Source: Piromyces finnis finn (Eukaryota > Fungi > Neocallimastigomycota). Taken from it: a stretch of DNA of 64,000 nt. Both the position numbers and the translations under genes were made by a program. The stretch lies in assembly GCA_002104945.1 (NCBI GenBank), contig MCFH01000004.1, positions 1,116,001-1,180,000 of the forward strand, read 5' to 3'. The notes below the pieces were generated by a model. The model was given only the letters and a program-made list of their open reading frames with translations. It had not been told where the DNA came from and searched no databases. This document shows positions 17,963 to 36,147 of this stretch, piece by piece (within the stretch, counting starts at the first letter, position 1; each line of letters begins with the position of its first letter).

Positions 17963-20261
17963 ATATTACTAAAATATTACCATTTGGTGATGGTGATATT
18001 CCATTTTCTCTTCGACTATCAATTTCTTCACATAATTCATTTAAAGTAGGAACATCAAATGGATTAAAATCATCGCAATTTTCGGGATTTATTGGAACAC
18101 ATACACGACCTTTATAGAAAAAATGATTAAATATTAAGATAAATGATTCTAGAAATGAATGATGGTTCAATATATTTAATAAAGTCACTAAATTAAAATA
18201 CCTGTTCCTGGGTGAATACAGAATGGACTCTTAAGTAAGTGATTCAAATGTAATGAAACGTTAAAATCAAGACGAGGATAGGTATATTGAAAAATAATAT
18301 CACGTTCTAAATTTTCTAGTTCATTTTTTTTTGGCTTTCTCTAAAGTTCAATAATAGATTTATAAAATTTGTTATATTAAATATATATGATTATTATCAT
18401 TATTTTTTTCTTTTTATAATTAATATATAAAATTTTTATTTTATTTATTTAATGATAATAATAAAGTATACTAACTGCTTTAGATTTTTCTCTTTCAATT
18501 TCTTTTACAAATTCATTCCATTTATTTTGTGGTGAATGTATTGAATTTTTCCAAGAGTTTCTTAAATTATTTCTTATATCTTCATATGGTATTATAGATA
18601 AAAGGTTTTCGTAATATTCTTCTTTATTAAATATATCCATATCTTCTAATATCAATTTTGGGAAATACTGTTTTATTATATCATATGCATAACTACGTTA
18701 TAATTCATAAAAATAAAAAAAATATTAATTAATCAATAAGCTGATATTGATGCTTATATTGATATATTTATTATTTGCTAAAAGAAATTGTAAAGATTAT
18801 ATATATATATTGGTTAGCTATATACTTTAATGATGGATGAAGAATTTTTGGTAATTTAACTTTTCTTGATTGTTGTTCACCACCTTTAATAATTTCTAAA
18901 TAACTAACAATAGCTTTTCTTGCACTTTCACTTAATTTTCTAGCTCTGTTGTCACATACCCAACAGTGAACACCACGACGACCACTATATACCCAAAGAA
19001 TTTTCTTAAAGCCGAAATCATCTTTTTATAATTATTATTATTATATAATTAAAAAATAATATTAATATATTTTACTTTTAAAAATGACATATATATAGGT
19101 TATTTAAAATTATTTTGAATTATTTTGTGTTCAACCTCTTAATGCTCTGTCGATGATTTTGATTGAAATAGTCATAAATGTCCAGCATTTTTTACATATA
19201 TTTCCACCAGTACAACAAGTTCTAATATCATCATAATCGGTCATATCAATATCAAAAACTAATTCTTTTTCTTTTGGCTTAAAACGGTTCATTATAGTTT
19301 TCCTTGTTTTTGGCTATTTATCCATATATATATAAAACAAAAATTTATTATTTAATTATATAAAAAAAAATATAATAATTACATAAAAAAAAAAAAAAAA
19401 AAAAAAAAAATTACCTTAGAATTATAAACAGCTCCAATATCAATTTTCTTTGGGATATATTCTAAAAGTTTTTCTTTAAATTCTTTCTCGGTTTCAAAAG
19501 ATTGAAATCTCAAATAAACTTCTGGATGAAGTGTAAAACTGAATTCCCTATGAGTAAAGTAATCTTTATCAACTATTTATTCATTATGAATTTTAATAAT
19601 GTATAAAAAGAATTCAATTGAATATTGTTTCATTGTTATTAGTAAATAATTTCATCTATCTCTTTAATAATAATCTTTATTTCTTTAAAATTTACCATTT
19701 CCATAACTTAACCATTTATAGTATTTTTTAATTGGGAAAAAGAACTCATAATAGTTTTTTAAGTTATCAAGAAATTTTTTATCTTCAATACTGTTATTAA
19801 ATAAATATAAATAAATAAATAAAAAAGTGACAATATTTATTTAACATTGCAATATTATTATGCTAATTAAAAAATAATTTAAAAAATTATACTATAACAA
19901 TAATAATAAAGAAAAATTAATATATATACCTTAAATTTAAAAATTTTTGACTAACAGAACTATTTATAGAAGTCACACGGGTATTTGAATTAATGATAGA
20001 ATTTTGTGTTGAATTGAAATTTAAATTTGTTGAATTAGATTGTGTTGACATTTTCATTGTTTTTCCAGGTTGTGGAGACATTAGGAACTTTATATCATCT
20101 TCATCAATATCAATATCATCTAAATTATCATCTCCAAATTCATCGTCATCTTTTAGTTGTTCAGTATTTTCTGAAATATTTAAATTATTAACATCCTCTG
20201 TTGCATCTTTTATTAATGCATCTTGAATTTCAACTTCATCAACATCCATAGAATTATCCAT
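17746..20261 (-). CDS. PRI1: DNA primase small (catalytic) subunit with acidic N-terminal extension
   Basis: [53 protein letters not shown] and [20 protein letters not shown] motifs, with canonical GT-AG introns. Confidence 0.95.
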
Positions 20262-21091
20262 TTTAGTCAATATATATTATTAATTATTGAATTATATTCT
20301 AATTATTTTTGAATTTTTAAAAATATAAAAGTACCATTTGAAAAATAATTCATATTACATATTATCAAATTAAATTTTAATATACATATTTTATTTTTAT
20401 ATTTAAGAAGGAAAGAATTAATAAATTTAAAATAATAAATATATATATATATACATTTCATTATATGCTTATGTATTATAAATAATTAGGTTATTTGATT
20501 AACTTACTATATAAGTAGTTAATAATTATTAGTATATATTTAATACAATAAAGAAGTAAGTTTTAAGATTTTGTTATAAATTACAAAAAAATTATAATGT
20601 AAATTAAAAAATATAAAATAAAATTATTTTTATTGGTTAAAATCTTGGACAACATTGAAATTAATCATTTTAGTAATTTATACCAATTTTTTAATTAATA
20701 TTTGAAAAATATACTATGTTTTGTTAATTAAAAATAAATAAATAAATATAAAATATCTCAATATATAAGCGGTTTGATTCATATATATTTTCTCTATTTA
20801 TTTTATTATTTTTTATTTTAAAAAGAAAGGATAGTTTAAAATATATATATTTGGAAAAAATTATATTGCAACTATTATATAATGTTATTATTTCTTTGAT
20901 AATTAATAGGAATTTTATTTATAATTTTAATTTATTTTTCTTTTTAAAAAACTAATTTTAATATATTATTTAAACTACAATTTTTTTATTTATTTTATTT
21001 TTTTAAGATATTCGCTATAAATATAGATTAATTGATTATTGTATCTTTTTAAATAACTAGATAAAACAATTGGTATTAATTAATTAAATAC

Positions 21092-25015
<3,924 letters not shown>

Positions 25016-26119
25016 CTTGTTAGAATATGATTCTTTTTTATGATTTTTTTTTTTATATATATATATATAAATATAATTATTGTTATGTTCTTATGAATTT
25101 TATTTTATTTTTTTTAGTAAGTTTATTATATTTAGTATTTTGCTTTAATTAACTAAATTTTATTTAAATGTACGCATATAAATATATCTATAATTTATTA
25201 AGATAATAATATATATAATAAATATATACAAAGGATTTTAACATAAATATTGTGTAGAATTCTTAAGTATTATATAAAATTAAATGGTTAATAATATATA
25301 TATATTTCTTTTATTTTTATTACACAGTTATTTTTCTTATTTTATTATTTATTATTTTATTAATTAAATAATAAAACGATACAATGAATAAAAAGGAAAG
25401 AAAAATAAAATTATAGATTCAGCAGTAAATTAATTAGAGAAATACTTATTTATAAATAGAATTCAAATAAAAAAATGATAATTAATTATTACTTTTTTAA
25501 TTGTTATTTTTGTTATATTTTTTTTTCTTATTAAAATAATAAAAGGTTCCAAAATTTTAAAATGAAGGATTTCAATTATTTAATAATAACTAAGAAAACT
25601 TTTTTATTATTATTTATTTATTACTTTTGATATTTCCTTTTTAAAATACGATTTTCACTTTTAATTATTTTATTAATTAAATTATTTTAAAAAAAAATTT
25701 AATTAAAATAAATTATTTTTTTTAAAAAAAATAATATATAAAACCTTTTATTCTAATATATGATTATTATAATTCAATAAAATGGAATAATTAATTTTTG
25801 ATTAAATTTTAAAATAAAAAACTTTCAATTTCGATATATAGTACAATATATACAATAATTTTATTTAAATACGAATATTAAAAAATACGTATTAATAATT
25901 TTTATAGAAAGTTAATAGATAAAAAATTGATTTTTTTTTTGGTATGTTACATGTTAAAGTGTATATAATTATTAATAATTTAAAGCTATAATGATATATG
26001 AAATTTAACGTTTTTAAATAATAAATGTATAAATGGTATCTTTTTTTAAAAAAAATTAAAAAAATTTTTTTCGCAATAATAAATAAAAAATATATAAATA
26101 ATTACTATCAATAATAATA

Positions 26120-29100
26120 TTATTTATTTTTAAAATATGATTTTTGAACAAAATTTGGAATTGATTCTGAGAAAGTAACAATTTCAGATATATCTAATAC
26201 TTTTGATTGTTGATTTCTCATAAACTGTTTAGCATTCATAAGATTAAGTAATAATGAGGAATAAGACGGGACAGGATGATCAGGATTATTTTCTTGTAAA
26301 AAGGTATGTCCATCTTCTGTAATATAATCAGAAAAATAAGGTTTCTCTAACGGATTATCTTTTAATTTTAAAGAAGTTTCAGTTATAAATTCAACTTCAT
26401 TATTCTCTCCTATTCCATTACTAAAATTTTTTTTAAAAAAAAAAAAATAAATAAATAAAAATACATATTATATAATTATATATTATGGATAAAAGTATGA
26501 AAAATACTTACATTTCTTCAATTGTAGGGGGTTTTATTTCTAGAGATGCTAACCAATTCTTATTTATAACTTTTTTTGCCCTTGGAATATAACTTGTTCC
26601 TGATACAACTTTAATATTCTTATCTTGTGGTAATTCTATCGGATCTTGAAGAGAAACTAAATTTTTATATTGTGTTTCAGAATTGTGAACAGTGGTCACT
26701 TTATTCGCAACACGATTACTAATATTTTTAACAGCTTTCTTTGTTTGGGATGTATTAATATCTCCATTTTTATTAATATTAATCTTTATTCCATTGACTG
26801 AAAATTCATTGTTATTTAATTCTTGATTTAATTTATGTTTATATTGGTCTAAATGATTTTGAATTAAATGCTGACGATCTTCACCAAAAGTTTCTGTCAA
26901 GTAATTTTTATAATAATATTCTTTTTTTTTAGTATTTTCTTTAATAATTTGATCAATAAAGGTTTTTCTTCCTGTCGATGATGAATCATTCACCCCATCT
27001 TTAATTTGCTTTGCTAATTGTTCAAAATTAGCTTTATTTTCACAAAGGTTATACCAATTTTTTTTTATATAACCATTGGTAGAATTTAAAGTAGGGTTTT
27101 CTAAAATATTTTTTTTTGTATTATATTTATACTGTAAATATGGTTCAGAAAAAGATTTTTTGAAATGCTTATTATCACCGTTAAAATTAATGATATTATA
27201 ATTACTTGAATAGGACACAATAGAATCGTTTTCTTCTTCTCTTTCACTTTGATTATCATTATAAAAGTCATTTTCTTTATTATTATTATAAGAAAAATCA
27301 TGATCAAAATTAAAATTTTCATGTAATAAGGAAGGTGGTTTTGGTGGTGGAGAATGAGGATGAGGAGGTGGATTTTGTTGTAATGGATTATCATTTGAAC
27401 GATCTTTTCGATCTGCTTTATTCACTAAAACGGGTAAACTTGATGATTGACTAATTTTCTTTTTTTTTATGTTTAGATTATCTAAAGTATATGAGTGATC
27501 TAATTTTTTATTAGCATTATTATCTAAAGATTCAAGTATGTAAGAAGATGGGAGTGCTTTGATTTCCAGTGATTTATTACTTATTTTGTTGATTTCATAC
27601 TTTTTTAATTCATTCTGAGCAAGGGAACTGTTGGGCTTATCATTTAATTTTTCAACTATTCGAGGATCTACAATTAATATTTCATTTTCCTTCGCTTCTG
27701 GTACGTGTTTCATCGTTAATTTTTCAAAGTTATTAATAAGCTTTTCCTGATTTTTTTTATCAACTTTTTTTGCTATTGGTAAAGAATTCACAATTTTTTT
27801 TGTGATAATTTTTTTAAAACGATTTTCTCTTTGTTTCTTCCTTATATTATAAAAATTTCCACTTTTCATTTCCAATTGTTTCCAATATCTATCAGAAAGC
27901 TTAGGTTTTGTTTTTTGAATTAAACTTTGTTTTGAAGATAATTGTAATCCTTGATGAATTGCTAATCCAGTAGATGTTTTTTCACCCACAAAATTATTTT
28001 CATTTTTGTAATTGTAATTATTACTTGGGTATTGTATATGCTTTATGGGTCTTATAGGAGATTGACTCCTCCTCCTAGATTCACTAAAATTGTCATTCTG
28101 CTCTTCTTGAGGATAAGGACCATTCACATCTTGATAAAACTTAACATTTTTTTTATAAAAATATGGTAAATTACTACTAGAACTTTCTAAGAAATTATCG
28201 TAATCATGATGATCTTTTTTATTACTGTTATTGCTATTTTCAGTTGATATTTTAATGTGATTTATAGGAATATGATTTTTTATCTTACGTGGAGAGGAAG
28301 GAGATCGATGTTTAGGTGAACTGTTATATAAATTATTATTATCAGGATGAGATTTATGATTTGATATCTGTGAGGTTGCAGTTGATGATTCATTGAATTT
28401 ATATTTCATCAATGGTTTTTGAAATAATCCATTAGGTGATTTATTATTAACTGAATTTTTAGTGTAAGGATGATGATTATTACGACTTATACTAATAAAG
28501 CTACTATTATCATTCCAGGATAAATTATTAAAACTTAATGATGATATAAATGGACTTTCGGTAGTATCGTTTTTAAATTTCATATCATTAATTATATTTG
28601 TAGAGGTATTTGTAGTAGCAAATTCTTCAATAATATCATTCTCATCTGAATTATAATCTTTTAGAGTTTCAATAGGTATATCACTAAAACTTGAATCAAC
28701 CATAGTATCATTATTGTTAATTAAATTACTATTATCAATTGTTTCGTCAATATTATCTTTATTCGGATCAGCATTGTTTTTGTTATCGCTAATATTGTTA
28801 TTGCTACTTTTATAATTATTATCATTACTATCATTATTATAAAACGTATTTACTTCTGGTTTATCAAAATATAAAACATTAGTATTATTATTATTATTTT
28901 CGTTCGAATTATCGTCAATGGTTATTTTAAAATGACTTTGGTCCGCAATATTTTCAAATGACAAATTTGAAATTTTCGGATTAGTATTATCAATTTTTTT
29001 GTGGTAATGTATACTTGTTTTAAGAATGCTAGGCTTTCTAGCAGGAGTAGGACTAATGTTATTTAAAAGAATTGGTTTTTCACTACCACTTTCATTTATA

Positions 29101-29633
29101 TTATAAGAAATAGGAGAAGGATCATAAGAATTAAAACCGCTGTTAAATAGCGAAGGAGGTGATGATTGTAATATAGATTCATATTTAGTATTTCCTGAAA
29201 AATTTTTATTAAAATTTCTTTCAAGTGTTAATGAAAATGAGGTTTCATCATTGAGAAATTCATCAACTTCATCTTTAAAAATTACACTTTTTTTTTTTGA
29301 CTTTTGAGTTTTTAAATTAAATGCATTATTGGTGTTTATATTATTTTCATTAATAACATTGCTATCAACAATATTATTATAGCTGACATTATTATTATTA
29401 AAATTTGAATAATTTTCACTAGCACTATTAAATAAAGAATGGTTCAATGATTCAAGTGGTATAAAAGGTGAAGCAGCCTTTGGGGGTATTCTTGTTTCAA
29501 TTAATTCACTATTATCAGTATCATCGATTTTATTTTGATAATAATTTTTATGTTCTTTATCATCGACATAGTTTAAATTTTCATATGAGGTGGAAAAAGG
29601 GGAAGAACATTCTTTCCATGATTTTATTTCCAT
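26120..29633 (-). CDS. Hypothetical low-complexity protein of about 1140 aa, two exons
   Basis: 1041-codon ORF ends at the donor GAA AT|GTAAG. The second exon (about 26423-26120) continues in frame to TAA. No family recognised. Confidence 0.7.
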
Positions 29634-30747
29634 AATGTTAATTACTTTTAATAGAAGAAAAGGAAAAGTAATTTAAATAATATTTAATTTATTAGATTTT
29701 ATATTTAGCTATTTTTAATTATTTGAATTATAAAATAGCTGTTTGTAAAGATAATAATGGTGTTTTGTTGACATTATTAAAATATATTTATATATTAGTC
29801 TATTTTGTTTTTGTTTTAATTAATTTAATTTTAATTTTCTTTTTTTTTTTTAATTTTACATTTTAAATATTATATTATAAAAAGATAATTTTTTTTTTTC
29901 GATTGATTTTTTAATTATTTTAATAATTAATTATTATTATTATTATTATTATTAATTAATTAATTAAAAATACAAATTATTTTATAATTAAAACTATTTT
30001 ATTTAAATTAAAAATAAAAAATTTTAGATTTTATTAATTTTTAATGAAACATAATATTTTTGGAAATGTAAAATTTTTATAAATGAACAAATAATGAAAT
30101 AATGAAATAAATATTAAAAAAAAAAGAATATATAAAATTGTTATTTAAGAATCCTTTTTTTTTTTTTTACCAAATAAATTTCAATATTACCATTTCAAAA
30201 TACACAATGTCATTAAAAATAAATAAGTAAATAAATAGCAATTTTTTTTTTTATTGTTTAATGATTTTATTAATTTTGCTTTATGGTAAGTCCTCAAAAA
30301 AGAAAAAAAAAATAATAATAATAATAAATTTGATTAAATAAGTATATAAATTAATGGAAATGTTAAAGAAATAAAAATTTAATTCATTATAAGAATTTAT
30401 TTTTATTTTTATGATAAAAAATTATATTACTATATTGATATTTTAAAATGATATATTTTTTTTAATATTTTTTTATATATTTCATGGGGGTTTTTTTTTT
30501 TTTTTCTTATTTTAATTTCATTTTTTCTTTTTGTTTCTTTTTTTTTTTTTTTTTTTTTTTTGATTATTTATTTTTTGTTGTTATTATTGTTTTATTATTT
30601 TATGTTTTGGTTTATTTTAATATTTTAGTTAAAAAAAAAAATTTAATTATTAGTATTATATTATTATATTATATTAAGATTTTATTATTATTATAATTAT
30701 TATTATTATTATTATAGCTATTTTATATTATATATATTAATTAAATA

Positions 30748-33700
30748 TTATTGATTTTGTTGGTTCTTTTTTTGTAATAATAATTCATTCTCTTGCTTTA
30801 ATGAAATTAATTTTTGATTTAATTGTCCATTTATTTTATTCGTCTTTTCAATATTTTGTTTTAAAATTTTATTCTCCATTTTTAGATAATCTAGTTCTTT
30901 CAATACATCATTTAGTTTTTTCATCAATGATTCGGCGGTTTTTATTACTTCATTTGATTCCTCGCTTGTATTATATATTGTATTGCTTGTTAATATTTTT
31001 TTCTGACTAATATTAGTTTGTATAAGTTCTAATAGTTTATTCTGATGTTCAGAGTTCTGCATTAACATTTCAATCTTCCTATTAATTCCTTTCATTCCAG
31101 TAATGTCTGATTCACTATTTATTAAATTATTATATGAATTTGAATTAATCGAATTATTACTTGATGAAATTGAACCATTAGAAGAATGACGACTTGGTGG
31201 TTCTGAAGTTACTTCAATGACTCTTGATCTTCTACCTTCTATTATAAACACGCAATAAAAAAAAATTTATTTAATTAAATATATTTAATAGTATAATTGG
31301 TTTTTTTTTAAAAAAAATTATAGCATTTAATGAAAGTTAGTTAAATATTTATTTTAAAAATACCTGTAAAAGTACTATTGTTTCCTTCTGTTATAATAAA
31401 GCGGCTTGGTTTAGGTTCAATTGCACTTGATGAAGATGGATGAGAAACTTCAAAACGACTTCTTTTTTCAATTATTAAATTATCATTACTATATGAACCA
31501 CACTTTTCAGCTAAACTTAAGTGACGACCCAACATTGCTTTAGTTCCATTTGGAAACTTCATTGGGGTAGTATTGTCAAAAGCATTATTGTTACCAATGG
31601 TACTATTACTATAAAGAGAATTGCCTCTATTTAAACTTTTAATTGAACTAGTGTTAATAGACGATGGAGATTCACAATGTAAGGCGCTATCTCCAGTATC
31701 AATAATAAATCGACCTTTACTTCTTGGCAATGAATGAAAACCAAGTTCTGATGACGAATTTTTTTGCATATAATATTTTGGAGGTGATTGTATGTTTGAA
31801 TTATTAATATTATCTGAAGGTAATGTTGATTGATTATTCTTGATAGTATTATTTAAATTTAAATTTGAATTTGAATTTGTGTTAGCATTAATGTTATTAA
31901 TAGATAACTCAGTATTTTTTGTAGAAGAACTATCTTCTTTTATTGGAGTTAAAGGTGGTGCTTCAGATGCAATACTACAACTTGATGATGCATGAAGACT
32001 ACTCGATGAAGAAATTGGAGGAATATTATTAATACTACTTGAAGAAGTAGTTGAAGCAAATTTTACCACCTTATTTGTCTTTTCATCTTCATCATCAGAA
32101 TCAAAGTTCCATGATATACCTTCATTTTCTACTTCTTTTGGTTTTACAACTATATATATATTATTTAAATATCATTAGTATTTTTAATAATTTAATATAT
32201 TATATCTTTCTTTTTGCTGTTAAAAGGTATTAGTAATTGTTATATACCTTTTAATGGTCTCATTTGAATGGATGGAACATTATGAAGAATTGTTTGAGCT
32301 AAATATGACTTTTTTTTGGCTTGCTTAAAGAAAGGATGTTGTAATAATTTTTCTGCTGAAGGTCTAAAATATAAATAATAAATGTTAATATCTTCCTGTT
32401 TTAGGTATTCATCGTTAATAATTTTTTTTTTTACTATTTCATTAATTATCTTATTATTTGTCTATATTCACATTATGCACATATTTTATGTATTTTTTAT
32501 ATTCATTTTTAATAAATTACCTTTTTGACGGGTCCTTATTTAAACATAAATCGATCATTTCCTTAAAAGTTCTAGAATATTTATGGCGACATTGATCTCT
32601 ATCCAATGTTGGTGGTTCATTTTCAATAGTAAGCATTAAAACTTTTATTGGTGGATATTTAGCAAATGGAGCTCTTCCTGTTGCCATTTCCAATGCTGTA
32701 ATACCGAAACTCCAAATATCTGCTTTATAATCATAACCAGATTGTTCCATAACTTCAGGAGCCATCCAACATGGTGTACCTACAAAAGTTTTTCTTAATC
32801 CTTTTCTCTCACCTGTTTCCATAAGAGATGAACTAACACCAAAATCAGCTAATTGAACTAAACCTTCTTCTGACATTAATAAATTGCCAGCTTTTACATC
32901 ACGATGGATTAATCCATTTTTATGCAAATATTCTAAACCTAAAAGTGCTTGTTTTAAAATAGTTGCAATAACCACTTCTTCAAAACCATCTGGATAGGCA
33001 TATTTCATGATATTTAAACATGAACCAGCTGAAAGAAGTGGAGTAACAATATATAATTTGGATTCATAAACAAATGATCCATATACTGTCAATAAATTTG
33101 GATGCTTACAAAGAGACATGATTTGAATTTCTTTTCTTAAACCATCAATTTGATTTCTTTCAAACATATCTAAATCAATAACTTTTAAGCATACTGTCTT
33201 CTGAGATGGTATATATTTAGCAACATATACAACAGCTGATGATCCATTACCAATTTGAGCACCAATTTCATAGTCATCAATACTCATTCCCATGGGTATT
33301 GGAGAACTAGAATTATAATCATCTTTGGTAGATGATTTATTATAAGGCATATTTATAGTTGTACGACTAGATGCTTTTCTTAACATTTCTGGATTATTTG
33401 ATATAGAAGAAGACAAGGTTGAATTTGAATTATTTTGATTTTTTATTTGTGATAAGGAAGAAGAATGTGGTGGTGGAATAGCTAAGGAGGGATTATAATT
33501 AGAATTATTTATAGATGGATTTGAATTTATTGAAGATTGACGTGAATGGTGTCTATCTAATGAAAAGAATAAATGATGATGATGATGATGTGATGATAAA
33601 GATTGTTGCGATGACCCAGGTGTTAATAAATTTAAATGACTTTCACTCTTATTTGGTCGTAGACTATTAGTACTTAATTCACTTCGTAAAGGTTGACTAT

Positions 33701-34304
33701 TGATAATACTCTCTGGACAAAGTGAAGGCTCTGATCTTTGTATTGCTTGTTTAGCACTAAGTATAGAACTTGAAGATACACTAACTGATGATGAAAGAGA
33801 TGAAAGATTATTTAAACTACTTGAATGATTTGGAGAATTATTTAATTGGCTAAGTGATGATGAAGATAAATTAGGCGATGTATTATTTAGTTTTGAATTT
33901 GAGTTGTGCTTTAATGATAATGAAAATGATCTAGGTTTATTTCTACCTGACTTATGTTGAAACAAAAGTGTCCGTTTTTTATCTGTAATTGATGTAGTAG
34001 ATGAAGTTTCTGATGAAGCAATTTTTGGACTACTGGAGGAAGGTGTTGGGGATTTTTGTTGTTGATTATTAATATTTGACACTGATGATAAGTTGGACAA
34101 TTCGTTATTTATATTCAACGTTTTTGAAGTTGGAGTCGTTAATTCGTTATTACTTAATGAAGTATTATTATTTATGAAATGAATATCAGATGAATCTACT
34201 GGAAGTCCTGTATTTGTTTTAATAACTAATGTTTCTTCTAGATTATTATCTATAGAATAATCGTTAGTTACCGCTTTACTTAATGGAGAACTATTGGTTG
34301 ACAT
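30748..34304 (-). CDS. STE20-family OSR1/SPAK (GCK-VI)-like Ser/Thr kinase with long disordered N- and C-termini and a terminal coiled coil
   Basis: GNGSSAVVY, HRDVKAGNLL, DFGVS, RKTFVGTPCWMAPEVMEQ and KYPPIKVLMLT motifs, plus a SWNFD motif after the kinase domain. Four exons. Confidence 0.9.
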
Positions 34305-36055
34305 TTTTAAAAATAATATAATATAATATAATTGTAAATGGTTTAATTAATAGAATATTTATAAAAAAAATAGTATTATTGTATATATTAATGATTAAAT
34401 TATAATAATAAAGATAAATATTGTATATAAACTAATTTAAATCTTAATTTATTCAATAATATAAATTAATATTAAATAATTAATGATTTTCAAAGTGTCT
34501 AAACTTTTTATGTTTTAAAGTTTAATAAATTTTATTGAATGCCTTTTTTATTTAATAATAATTATTGAAATATATTTATATTTTTTTTGACATTTTATAT
34601 ATTGTATATTCTTCATAATTTATATTTCAACGGTTGATTTTAAATTCTACTTAATATTCTATGATGCAAAAAAATTATTATTTTTTCTAATTAATGTTAA
34701 AAATCTAAATCATTATCCTTTTAAATAACAATTTTATAACAGCAATTATAAAATAAATAGATAAAATATCAAAATAATATTTTGGAATTAAAATATTTAA
34801 AGTTTTTTTAAAAAAAAATATTATATATAAATTAACGTTTTTAAAAATATATATTTATATAGTTTTAAAAATAGACTTTTTAAACTTTATTATAATTATA
34901 TTTTTATAAATTTAAAGATATATACTTTTGATATTCTTTATTATTTTTATATCAATATATTAACTAATTTGTATTTATATTTTGTAATATATTTTTAAAA
35001 ATACTTAATAGATAATGCACTATTTATGTATTTTTACTTGATTAATTTTGAATCATATATAAAATATAAATAGTAATTTTTTTTTTTTTTTTTTACCTTA
35101 ATTCTGCTTTTTGTTTTTTTTAAGATTTTTAAATTTGTATAGTTGTTGTTATAGTAATAAAATGAAAAATTCTTATATTTACAAAAATTTTTATACAAAA
35201 TGTCTAATTAATTGAATTTTGATATATTAACAAATTAAAAATTAAATTTTTTTCGAAGTTTGTGATATTATTTTTTCATATTTGAATTAATAGTACATAA
35301 TAAATATTTTTATTTAATATGTATTTTATATAAAACTATAAAAAGAATGAATAAATAAAGAAAAACATTACTTATATGATTTCGAAAAATATTATACATT
35401 ATATATTATAAAACATAATTAAAAAAAAAACTTTTAATTGATATCTTTCTTGTTGATATATATTATATTATTCATTATTCATTATTAATTAAATGGATAT
35501 CAAAATATATATATATATTAAAATTTCGATTATGATTAAATAAATTGTTAATAATTACTGACATTGAATAAATGAAATATAAAATCTATTTCTGAATTTG
35601 TATATATTTTATATTGGATTGATAGTTTGGATTAAATGTTTAATTAGCATAATAAATTATAAAAATGATTTATATAAAAATTACCTTTTAATAAAGAAAA
35701 TATGATAATTATATATATATTACAATATTTATTTCTTATTAATAGAAATAAATCGAGATTTCATATACAATATACAATAATTAGTTTCGGTTTTACAAAA
35801 AGAATATATATATATATAAATAATAAAAGGTAAAAAAATAATAATTTATACCAAATTATTAGGTAATTTATTCGTTTTTAATAATATTAATATTTTTTTA
35901 AAAGAATAAAACATTAAAATAAATTTAATTTATTTATTTCATACATTTAGTTATATATTATCAATAATAATTAATTTTAATAAATTATTATTCATTTATA
36001 TTATATAAATATTATATAATATAAAAGAAATATCTATTTATTTATTAAGTTTTTA

Positions 36056-36076
36056 CTTATTTATTTATTTATTTAC

Positions 36077-36147
<71 letters not shown>
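36056..36147. repeat. (TTTA)n microsatellite
   Basis: Tandem array. Confidence 0.95.
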
